Shown here piece after piece: positions 48,325 through 56,268 of a stretch of DNA of 64,000 nt. This DNA comes from Patescibacteria group bacterium UBA2196 (GTDB lineage Bacteria; Patescibacteriota; Patescibacteriia; UBA2196). Position 1 is the stretch's first letter. Every line of letters begins with the position of its first letter. The stretch is taken from positions 42,579-106,578 of the forward strand of contig DCVE01000013.1 of the NCBI GenBank assembly GCA_002328025.1, written 5' to 3'. The notes beneath the pieces were generated by a model. That model was not told where the DNA came from, searched no databases, and worked only from the letters and a program-made list of their open reading frames with translations. A program made the position numbers and the translations under genes.

Positions 48325-48353
48325 TTGACATTTTTATTAAACTGTGTTATAAT
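48325..48353 (+). promoter_or_regulatory. consensus sigma70 promoter (extended -10) driving the GC-rich island
   Basis: TTGACA-17-TGtTATAAT. Confidence 0.5.
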
Positions 48354-48402
48354 ATATTTAGCTAATATAAACAAAAATTCCTTTAAAATGAGTTGAGAGG
48401 AG

Positions 48403-49585
48403 GTGATTTCTTTGTCTCGTCAGATGAATTGCATTCAGTGGGTTCTGGTAGTTTTGGTGGTTGGATTGTTTATCTTTAACCACCGGGAAGTTATCGTAAA
48501 GCAGTACCGTGATAACACGCCCGTATTGACGAGCGAAGAAATCACGGAATTGGAAAACAATGTGGAAAAAGTATATGCCACGGCCAAAGAAAAAATAGAT
48601 GCCGAGACATATACACCGCTGGATTGGCAGCGGGATATCTATTTTTTAAAGTTAAAAATTATTCGTACCATGGGGGGGCACGTACAGCTCTGGGAGCTAT
48701 CGTTTCTATGAGCTGGCTGAAGAAGCCTATCAGTATACCATTGATAGGTATTACACCCCCAAGAGTGATGATCCAAAAAGAACATTGTTTTTTCAGCAAG
48801 AGGTTAACAATGCTCAGGCTCAAGTCATGGCGGAAAACAATGAAAGGGTTGACTGGGCTAAAATATTTAGCCAGCTTCATCTGTTCATGCTGGCTTTTCT
48901 GCCATATTCTTTGCTGATCGTCCTTATTCGCCGTTCAGCAAGATATAAATTATGGCAGATATATTCGGCCGGAGATATCGTCTGGGTCATAATTGCGATT
49001 GGCTTGAGCGTTTTTGGGGCCATCGCTTACCGCCCCGACAATTTCATCCAGAAGCGCGTTGATTCGCAACTGCAAATCTGGAAGGAAAGAATCGGTGCAA
49101 GAGGTTGGCGTTTGGCTTTGGCGTATTTGGTGGCGATTGTTATTTCTTTGGCCACTTTATTTCGCCCGGCCAAATCGCAGGCCCAGACAGTAGTCGAGAC
49201 CAAGATTGTTAGTATGGTCCCAGCTGCCACCATCGCCAATCAACAGGAAGAATCCGACGAGCAGCAAGTTTTTTTCCCAGAAAAGATCGTCGGATTTTTG
49301 CGGAGATTTTTTGAAGAAATTATGAAGGGGATTGAGACTGTTGTTTACAGTTTATTTTCTCTTCTTATTATCCATTTTTTTTCTCCTCCGCTAGAGTTTG
49401 TCTGGGGGATGTGGGCCAGGCCACCAGATGATATTCGTCTTTGGACGATCCGAGCCCTTGGTTCTCGCGCTCCTGCGAATTTTGTTCAATTTAATTCACG
49501 AATTAATTGGACAAAAAACAAAGGAGTTTATCATGAGAACCAAAATTGTAGTTTTTATAATCTTGGCGCTTTTTGCTGTAGCTAG
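48403..49585 (+). pseudogene. polytopic membrane protein gene split by a frameshift at a G7 tract (48670-48676); GC-rich island
   Basis: frame 1 ORF 48403-48711 and frame 2 ORF (open from 48656 to 49585) join across GGGGGGG; both halves carry TM helices; the intermediate ORF 48624-48917 is an out-of-frame artefact. Confidence 0.45.
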
Positions 49586-50132
49586 CGCCAAAGACCCGTC
49601 CAACACTGTGAAGTTTAATGTCGCCACAAGCGGCGGTAAAAACAGTGTTTCGGTAATTGTTTTCCATCTACGGGAAAATACTGGTTTTTTAAGTATTATT
49701 CCTCAGAACGGGATTCAAGCCGGGGTTGGACCAAATTTTTGGATAAACACGCGAGGAGTTAAGGGCTGTCTTTTTACCCCCTTGGCTCTTTGCTCTGTGC
49801 AGGACGATCAAGAAGGAATCGGGGTAGGCGAGGTAAGACTTTGGAACATCTTTTTGGCCTCAAGCGGGTCAGTAAAGGTAAGTTCATTGTCTTATTATTC
49901 CTGGCCTTTGATTCAATCCAAAACCAGGAGTTTTTATACAAAAGACCAGGTTACTTTTAGTAATTTTGGTCTGCGGATTGAGAGCGCTTGGCTTAAAGAT
50001 TGGTCCAACTTGGTCGGACCTGTATATCAATTTAACATCCATCCCAAGTTGAACATGCTTTTCTTCTTAAACCTGAATAAGGAAGTTAAAGAAAAGCGTT
50101 CACTGAAGATGGAGATGAGTGTTAGTTTCTAA
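49533..50132 (+). CDS. secreted beta-rich protein with signal peptide and C-terminal aromatic beta-signal-like motif
   Basis: RBS AAAGGAG 7 nt upstream; signal peptide MRTKIVVFIILALFAVASA; C-terminal ...LKMEMSVSF (alternating hydrophobics, terminal Phe); ~180 aa. Confidence 0.5.
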   Translation: MRTKIVVFIILALFAVASAKDPSNTVKFNVATSGGKNSVSVIVFHLRENTGFLSIIPQNGIQAGVGPNFWINTRGVKGCLFTPLALCSVQDDQEGIGVGEVRLWNIFLASSGSVKVSSLSYYSWPLIQSKTRSFYTKDQVTFSNFGLRIESAWLKDWSNLVGPVYQFNIHPKLNMLFFLNLNKEVKEKRSLKMEMSVSF

Positions 50133-50138
50133 TCAATT

Positions 50139-50170
50139 GCGGGTCGCCGAAAGGACGACCCGTTTTTTAT
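50139..50170 (+). terminator. intrinsic terminator closing the GC-rich island
   Basis: CGGGTCG-CCGAAAGGA-CGACCCG followed by T6. Confidence 0.6.
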
Positions 50171-50212
50171 TTTTGTAAAATTGGTATTTTTTTGCTATAA
50201 TCCATATAAAAT

Positions 50213-51691
50213 ATGGTGGCACAAAAAACCTTAACTCAAAATGCGACCTATTACACCGGAGCGCTAATATTACAAAAGATTTTAGCGTTTGTTTATTTTA
50301 CTTTTTTAGCGCGCGGACTTGGAGTAGAAGATTTGGGCAAATACAGTTTTGCCTTTTCTTTTACCACTATTTTTAGCGTGTTTGTGGATGTGGGTTTAAA
50401 TTCTGTTTTGACCCGCGAGATTGCCAAGGATAGAAATAAAACCCAAGAAATTTTGGCCAATGTTTTGGGGGTAAAAACAGTTTTAAGTTTTTTCACCTAT
50501 GCATTGATTGTGGCTTTGGTAAATTTTATGGGCTATCCAGAGTTGACCAAAAATTTGGTATATTTGACCGGCTTAATTATGTTGTTGGATACTTTTTCTG
50601 CCACTTTTTGGGGTGTGCTGCGAGGTAATCAAAATTTAAAATATGAAAGCATTGGCATAGTTTTATTTCAATTTTTGGTGGTGGGCATGGGCATGGTTTT
50701 GTTGGCGGCTGGCGTCGGGGTGGTGCCACAGGTGTTGGCAGTCGTGGTTGGCAGTTCATTTTTATTTGTTTATTCTTTTTTAGAAATGCGTCGTCGCCTA
50801 CATGTGCCGTTTAAAATTAGTTGGAATAAAAAATTGGTAAAAGAATTGTTAAAAATTTCTATACCTTTTGCTTTAACAGGAATTTTAGCGCGTCTTAATA
50901 CGCAGGTGGACACCATTTTTTTATCAAAGGTTGGTTGTGCCACGCAAGCTGTGTGTGATTCAAATGTGGGTATTTATTCGGTGGCGACCAAAATTACTTT
51001 AGCTTTGCATTTTATTCCTTTGGCCTTTGTAGCCGCGCTTTTTCCGGCTTTTTCTGAATATTATGCCACTAATAAAGAAAAATTGGCGCGCACTTTTGAA
51101 AAATCAATGCGTTATTTGATGTTGGTTAGTATCCCCATGGCGTTGGGAATTTTGGTCTTGGCGTCAGATTTCGTGCCAAAAGTTTTTGGAGTCGAATATG
51201 CGGCCGCGGTGTTACCTTTGCAAATTTTAATGGTTTCTTTGGTTTTTTTATTTTTAACTTTTCCAGTTGGTTCACTGTTAAACGCAACTTCCAGGCAAAT
51301 TGATAATACCAAGCAAATTGCCATTGCCGCGCTTATTAATTTTTTATTAAATTTATTTTTAGTTCCCAAGATGACCTATGTTGGCGGTGCTTTGTCTTCA
51401 TTAATTAGCACTTTGGTCTTATTTTATCTGGGTATAAGGATTTCTAATCAGGTTTTGAATTATGATAAAAAATATTTATTAAAAAGTTTTTTTCTGTGTT
51501 TGGTGGCGGGTCTGCTGATGAGCTTGGTTTTGTGGCTGTTGCTGTTTAAGATTAATTTTATAATTTTAATTGCTTTGGGCGTTGTAATTTATTTTGTTTT
51601 ATTATTATTTTTTAAGGTTTTGACAAAAGACGATATTAATGAAATACTGCTGTCTTTGAAACTAAAAAAGTCATTTTATGACAAAGGATAA
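50213..51691 (+). CDS. polysaccharide/O-antigen flippase (Wzx, MOP superfamily)
   Basis: 12-14 TM helices; polysaccharide biosynthesis protein pattern; preceded by TTGTAA-17-TGcTATAAT promoter. Confidence 0.8.
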   Translation: MVAQKTLTQNATYYTGALILQKILAFVYFTFLARGLGVEDLGKYSFAFSFTTIFSVFVDVGLNSVLTREIAKDRNKTQEILANVLGVKTVLSFFTYALIVALVNFMGYPELTKNLVYLTGLIMLLDTFSATFWGVLRGNQNLKYESIGIVLFQFLVVGMGMVLLAAGVGVVPQVLAVVVGSSFLFVYSFLEMRRRLHVPFKISWNKKLVKELLKISIPFALTGILARLNTQVDTIFLSKVGCATQAVCDSNVGIYSVATKITLALHFIPLAFVAALFPAFSEYYATNKEKLARTFEKSMRYLMLVSIPMALGILVLASDFVPKVFGVEYAAAVLPLQILMVSLVFLFLTFPVGSLLNATSRQIDNTKQIAIAALINFLLNLFLVPKMTYVGGALSSLISTLVLFYLGIRISNQVLNYDKKYLLKSFFLCLVAGLLMSLVLWLLLFKINFIILIALGVVIYFVLLLFFKVLTKDDINEILLSLKLKKSFYDKG

Positions 51692-52748
51692 AACACTATT
51701 AGTCACTTTGGATTTTCCTCCGCTTCTCGGCGGTGTAGCAAATTATTATTTTGAACGGGTGAAAGCAATGTCAAAAGATGAGATTGTGGTTTTGGTTGAT
51801 GAATTAAAAACTGAGGGTTTAAAACTGGAAATGGGAGCAAAAATTTATCGTTTTAAGTTTTTGCAGCGATTTATTTGGCCGCATTGGTTATTTTTAATTT
51901 GGTATATTTATAAAATAGTAAAAAAAGAAAAAATAAATAAAATTTGGGTCGGGCAAGTTTTGCCAGTTGGCACGGCCGTGTGGGTGGTGAGTAAAATTTT
52001 AAATATTCCATATTTTGTTTCATGTCATGGCAATGACCTACTTAGGGCTAAAAAAAATAAGCGCAAATTTAAATTAGCCAAGAAAATTTTAGCTGACGCT
52101 GAATTTGTGGAAGCCAATACGGAATTTACTAAAAATATTTTAGTTAACGATTTTGAAATTTCAGCAGAAAGAATAAAAATTGTTTACCCAATTAATACTT
52201 TAAAAAAGGCAATGGTGGATTTACAAAAAGTGGGGGAGTTAAAGGAAAAATATAATTTAAAAGATAAAAAAGTTTTATTAACTGTGGGGCGTCTGGTGGA
52301 ATCCAAAGGCATTGATTTAGTTTTGCAAGCTTTGCCAAAAGTTTGGCAAAGTGTGCCAAACCTGGTTTATTTAGTTATTGGCGATGGACCAGATAAAAAC
52401 AGATTAATGCAAATTGTTAATAAATTGCCGCAGAATATAAAACCAAATATTGTCTTTGTTGGTGCAGTACCATATCTTGAACTGCCAAATTATTATGCCT
52501 TGGCGAGTGCCTTTATTTTAACTCCGCGTTCCACCCCTCTCATTTATAAGGAGAGGAAGGGAGAGGTAAACACAGATACAGAGAGTTTTGGGGTGGTTTA
52601 TTTGGAGGCTCAAGAGTTTGGTTTGCCAGTTGTGGCTGGCAAGGTGGGTGGAGCTTTAGAAATTGCTAAAAATTATAACCAAATGCATTTAATTGATTCT
52701 GAAAATAATAATGAAATTATTGAGAAGATAATAGAAATAATAAAATAA
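51678..52748 (+). CDS. glycosyltransferase family 1 with in-frame palindromic insertion before the E-x7-E motif
   Basis: ESFGVVYLEAQEFGLPVVAG GT1 motif; insertion RSTPLIYKERKGEVNTDT encoded by 52534-52580. Confidence 0.75.
   Translation: MTKDKTLLVTLDFPPLLGGVANYYFERVKAMSKDEIVVLVDELKTEGLKLEMGAKIYRFKFLQRFIWPHWLFLIWYIYKIVKKEKINKIWVGQVLPVGTAVWVVSKILNIPYFVSCHGNDLLRAKKNKRKFKLAKKILADAEFVEANTEFTKNILVNDFEISAERIKIVYPINTLKKAMVDLQKVGELKEKYNLKDKKVLLTVGRLVESKGIDLVLQALPKVWQSVPNLVYLVIGDGPDKNRLMQIVNKLPQNIKPNIVFVGAVPYLELPNYYALASAFILTPRSTPLIYKERKGEVNTDTESFGVVYLEAQEFGLPVVAGKVGGALEIAKNYNQMHLIDSENNNEIIEKIIEIIK
52534..52580 (+). repeat. GC-rich palindromic in-frame insertion in GT1 gene (CCCTCTC-loop-GAGAGG...)
   Basis: CCTCTC/GAGAGG inverted repeat with 9-nt loop; GC spike inside an AT-rich gene. 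Confidence 0.4.
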
Positions 52749-52754
52749 AAAAAA

Positions 52755-52776
52755 ACGGCGACCTGGCGATCGCCGT
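52755..52776. terminator. bidirectional hairpin terminator between convergent genes
   Basis: ACGGCGA-CCTGGCGA-TCGCCGT flanked by A-run and T/A-run. Confidence 0.45.
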
Positions 52777-52793
52777 AACGCAAAAAATGTAGA

Positions 52794-52985
52794 CTAAAAA
52801 ACCAGCTCGAAGAGGTCCAAGAACTGGTCTTCTAATCTTGAAGCGGTCGTGTTTTTAACACCAACACCAAGGTGGCGATAGTAAACCTTTTTGGTGTTTA
52901 CGTTAAAATGTTGGACGATGACATGTAGGTCTGGTCGCACTCCAATGCCCTTACCTACAAATAGATCACCCTTGGAAATAATCAC
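52794..52985 (-). CDS. small hypothetical protein (63 aa)
   Basis: ORF track; GC-richer than surroundings; no recognisable family. Confidence 0.35.
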   Translation of the reverse strand: MIISKGDLFVGKGIGVRPDLHVIVQHFNVNTKKVYYRHLGVGVKNTTASRLEDQFLDLFELVF

Positions 52986-53039
52986 AATTCCTCCTTGTGG
53001 ATATGAATATTTTTTTATATTATACGCTATTTAAAAATT

Positions 53040-53759
53040 ATGTCAAGACTATCTGTTATCATTCCGGTTTATAATAATGCAAAAAATTTGTTAAAGTGTC
53101 TGCAAAGTTTGCAACAGCAGACAATTTTTGGTTTGTGGCCACAACAGGTGGAAATAATAGTTGTGGATGATGGAAGTATTTCTCCAATTGTCATTCCAGA
53201 TTTTATTCTGGATGATAAAATAAAAACATATCACATTGCACACGCGGGTGCAGCCAAGGCCAGAAATTTTGGTTTTGCCAAATCCACTGGCCAATATATT
53301 TTTTTCTGTGACAGCGATGTGGTTTTTTTAAAAAATAATGCTTTAGAAAAAATGCTAGCCATGTTGGAAACACACACAGACAAAGGATATTGTTATGCAG
53401 CTTTTAAATATGGTTTAAAAACTTTTCCTCTTTTTCCATTTGACGCAGAAAAATTAAAACACAATAATTATATTTCCACCATGACTTTGGTTCGTCGTAG
53501 CGCTTTAGAAAAATTAGTTTTTCCCAATTTGCCTTTTGACGAAGCTTTAAAAAGATTTCAGGACTGGGATTTGTGGCTGGCTTTATTGGAAAAAGGGGAG
53601 ACAGGTGTTTTTTTAGATGAAGTTTTGTGGCAGGCGCAGGTTGGCGGTTCCATGAGCAAGTGGTTGCCAAAAATATTTTATAAATTATTTAAAAATAATT
53701 TAAAGGTGCAAGAGTATCAAAAAGCCAAAGCAACGATGGAAAAGAAATATGGTTTATAA
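53040..53759 (+). CDS. glycosyltransferase family 2
   Basis: LSVIIPVYNNAKNL...IIVVDDGS GT-A N-terminus; DSD motif. Confidence 0.75.
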   Translation: MSRLSVIIPVYNNAKNLLKCLQSLQQQTIFGLWPQQVEIIVVDDGSISPIVIPDFILDDKIKTYHIAHAGAAKARNFGFAKSTGQYIFFCDSDVVFLKNNALEKMLAMLETHTDKGYCYAAFKYGLKTFPLFPFDAEKLKHNNYISTMTLVRRSALEKLVFPNLPFDEALKRFQDWDLWLALLEKGETGVFLDEVLWQAQVGGSMSKWLPKIFYKLFKNNLKVQEYQKAKATMEKKYGL

Positions 53760-53819
53760 AATTAGATTATTTTTTTTGGCTAACGTTAAATGAAATTATG
53801 GCTTAAAAACTTTATTTAC

Positions 53820-53848
53820 TTGACTTTTTTAAAATCTTTAAATATAAT
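53820..53848 (+). promoter_or_regulatory. consensus sigma70 promoter for the candidate ncRNA
   Basis: TTGACT-17-TATAAT. Confidence 0.45.
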
Positions 53849-53854
53849 AATTAT

Positions 53855-54224
53855 GCAAGGTCTTGGAGCGACCTTTGCACATTGCAGGGCTTTTTAACAC
53901 AAAACGGGAGGATGGGAATGCAACTCAAATTTGAAATATGAGTTACATAGAGGTCGACTGCCTGAAATAAAGTTTCAAGGACGCGGGAAACTGCGATCCG
54001 AAACTTCAGGTGGTTTTTCCTCACCCGGCGACATTTCAGGGGATTTTTAATCCCCTCCCTCACACCCATACCACACCGAAAAGTCTCATTGAGACGCTAA
54101 GCTCACGGCACTATTGAGAGCACAGCGTTTTCATACATACGGACCTAGTAAGTTTCTGTGGGTCGGGTTGATTTTAAGGGCTAGAACTCTGCTGTACCTC
54201 GGTACACAGTTCAGCCCTTTTTTT
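53855..54224 (+). ncRNA. candidate structured non-coding RNA of unknown class (~370 nt)
   Basis: bracketed by a consensus promoter and a strong terminator (GGGCT.GAACT...AGTTC.AGCCC plus T7 at 54178-54224); GC ~48% in a 30% GC genome; only tiny ORFs; 5' hairpin AAGGTC/GACCTT; internal GGGGATTTTTAATCCCC hairpin. Confidence 0.35.
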
Positions 54225-54325
54225 ATTTGCTTTATATTGTTTTTTCTTTTAAAATTAGAGTGTATTTTGGGTTATTTGTTGGTTGGCCAGCGATATATAT
54301 TTAATAGTTAATTATTCATCTTTTT

Positions 54326-54397
54326 GCCCCCATCGTCTAATGGTTAGGACACATGGTTCTCAGCCATGTAATTGGGGTTCGATTCCCCATAGGGGTA
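54326..54397 (+). tRNA. tRNA-Glu (anticodon CUC)
   Basis: cloverleaf by eye: D-stem GTCT/GGAC; anticodon stem CATGG/CCATG with loop TTCTCAG; T-arm TGGGG-TTCGATT-CCCCA; acceptor has one C-A mismatch and a G-U pair; CCA not encoded. Confidence 0.65.
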
Positions 54398-54452
54398 AGA
54401 AGATGAATAGTTAATTGGGTGGTGTGAATTTTATTATCCGTGAATATTATTT

Positions 54453-55586
54453 ATGAGAAAGAAATTACCTTTTTTGCAAGCCATTGCAGTTTTGGTGGGC
54501 ACCACAGTCGGCGCTGGAATTTTGGGTTTGCCGTATGTTTTTGCGCAGGCTGGTTTTTGGACTGGCTTTTTGGTTTTAGTTGTGGTTGGCTTGGCCATGC
54601 TGTGTTTAAATTTAATGTTTGGTGAAATTGTTTTAAGAACAAGCGGTCAGCATCAAATTTCGGGTTATGTGGAAAAATATTTAGGCAAATTTTGGAAAAG
54701 ATTTGTGTCCGTATTTTTAGCCATAACTTTGTTTGGCGCTTTGCTGGCTTATTTTGTGGCCATTGGTCAGGCCTTGGCTGCCATTATTGGCGGACCAGCT
54801 TTGATGTTTAGTTTATTATTTTATGTTGTTTTTGCCGCTTTGGTTTTTAAAGGTGTGGGCGTGATTAAAAATGCAGAATTTATCTTGGGCTGTCTGGTGT
54901 GGTTGGTGTTTTTTGTGTTAATTATTTTTTCGTGGCCGCACGTAAAAACCAGTCACATAACCGTTTTTAATTTTAAAAATATCCTGGCGCCTTTGGGGGT
55001 GTTGTTGTTTGCTTATTCGGGTAGTATTTCTATTCCAGCCATGAAAGAAATTTTGGTGGGTAAAGAAAAATTATTTAAAAAAGCAATTCTAATTGGAGTT
55101 TTAATCCCGGGGATTTTTTATGCCATTTTTTCTTGGGCTGTAGTTGGCGCGACTGGCCTTAATACAAGCGAAGTTGCCACCATTGGTTTGGGCCAACTAG
55201 TTGGACCTTTTATTTTGGTCGTCGGAAATATTTTTGCTTGTTTAACCATGAGCACGGGATTTTTGGCTGTTGGTTTAACACTAAAAGGAATGTTTAATTA
55301 TGACTATAAAATAAAACATTTTTGGGCCTGGCTTTTGACTATGGCTGTGCCATTGGTGATTTATTTTTTAGGTTTACATGATTTTATTAACATTCTCGGT
55401 TTGGCTGGCGCCCTTGGTTTTGGTGTGGAGGGCGTGGTTTACGTGTTAACATTTTGGTATGCGCGTAAAAAAAGTGAACGTCAGCCAGAATATGTTTTGT
55501 CAACTGTTTTTGCTGTTATGGCCTCATTTTTTTTATTTTTAGTTTTTGGCAGTGGATTATTTTATACTTTAACTAATATTTTTTAA
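54453..55586 (+). CDS. amino acid permease (aromatic amino acid/TyrP-Mtr-like family)
   Basis: 11 TM helices; N-terminal VGTTVGAGILGLPY motif. Confidence 0.65.
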   Translation: MRKKLPFLQAIAVLVGTTVGAGILGLPYVFAQAGFWTGFLVLVVVGLAMLCLNLMFGEIVLRTSGQHQISGYVEKYLGKFWKRFVSVFLAITLFGALLAYFVAIGQALAAIIGGPALMFSLLFYVVFAALVFKGVGVIKNAEFILGCLVWLVFFVLIIFSWPHVKTSHITVFNFKNILAPLGVLLFAYSGSISIPAMKEILVGKEKLFKKAILIGVLIPGIFYAIFSWAVVGATGLNTSEVATIGLGQLVGPFILVVGNIFACLTMSTGFLAVGLTLKGMFNYDYKIKHFWAWLLTMAVPLVIYFLGLHDFINILGLAGALGFGVEGVVYVLTFWYARKKSERQPEYVLSTVFAVMASFFLFLVFGSGLFYTLTNIF

Positions 55587-55595
55587 TTTTATTAT

Positions 55596-56264
55596 ATGTC
55601 AAAAGTTGTTTTTGATATTGAAACCCGTGGTTTTGAGGGTGATGAGTTGGATCCAATTATAAAAGAAAACCTGCTCAAAAACGTTGTTACAGAAGAAGAA
55701 CAAGTAGATGTTTTGGCACGCAGCGGACTTTTGCCAATTAGCGGGGAAGTGGTGGCGATTGCCATGTTAAATCCAGACACCAACAAGGGTAAAATTTATT
55801 TTCAGGCGCCGGAATTGGAAAATAAAAATTATGAGCAGAATGGGGTGGAATTTATAGTGGCGACAGAAAAAGAAATTTTAGAAAAATTTTGGTTGGATAT
55901 AAAATTTTATGATCAAATCATAACCTATAACGGTCGTGGTTTTGATGTGCCGTTTATTATTTTTCGTTCCATTGCTTTGGGGATCAAACCAACCAAAAAT
56001 TTAATGCCATATCGTTACAGTTCAAAGGACCATTTTGATATTTTGGATCAATTAACTTTTTATGGCGCGTTTAGAAAATTTTCTTTGGAAGTTTTGTGTC
56101 GTGCGTTTGGGATAAAAAATCCCAAAGAAGAAGGCGTGTCTGGCCTGGCTATTAATGATTTGTTTAAAAGCAAAGACTATCAAACCATTGCCGAATATTG
56201 CATGCGTGATGTGGTGGCGACCAAAGATTTGTACGAAAAAGTGAAATCTTTTATAGAAATTTAA
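55596..56264 (+). CDS. DnaQ-fold 3'-5' exonuclease related to PolB exonuclease domain
   Basis: Exo I FDIET, Exo II YNGRGFDVPF, Exo III YCMRD motifs. Confidence 0.7.
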   Translation: MSKVVFDIETRGFEGDELDPIIKENLLKNVVTEEEQVDVLARSGLLPISGEVVAIAMLNPDTNKGKIYFQAPELENKNYEQNGVEFIVATEKEILEKFWLDIKFYDQIITYNGRGFDVPFIIFRSIALGIKPTKNLMPYRYSSKDHFDILDQLTFYGAFRKFSLEVLCRAFGIKNPKEEGVSGLAINDLFKSKDYQTIAEYCMRDVVATKDLYEKVKSFIEI

Positions 56265-56268
56265 AATT

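Noticed and set aside
48624-48917. 97-aa + strand ORF inside the GC-rich island
   Set aside because: Out-of-frame overlap of the two halves of the frameshifted membrane-protein gene; implausible Cys/Trp-rich translation.
53855-54224. tmRNA (ssrA) or T-box leader identity for the GC-rich non-coding transcript
   Set aside because: No tRNA-like 3' end (T-arm GGUUCGAUUCC plus acceptor-CCA) and no tag reading frame ending ...AA-stop could be found. A T-box-like AATTGGGTGGTG occurs at 54413-54424 but lies downstream of the tRNA and has no terminator/antiterminator partner, so it is probably coincidental.
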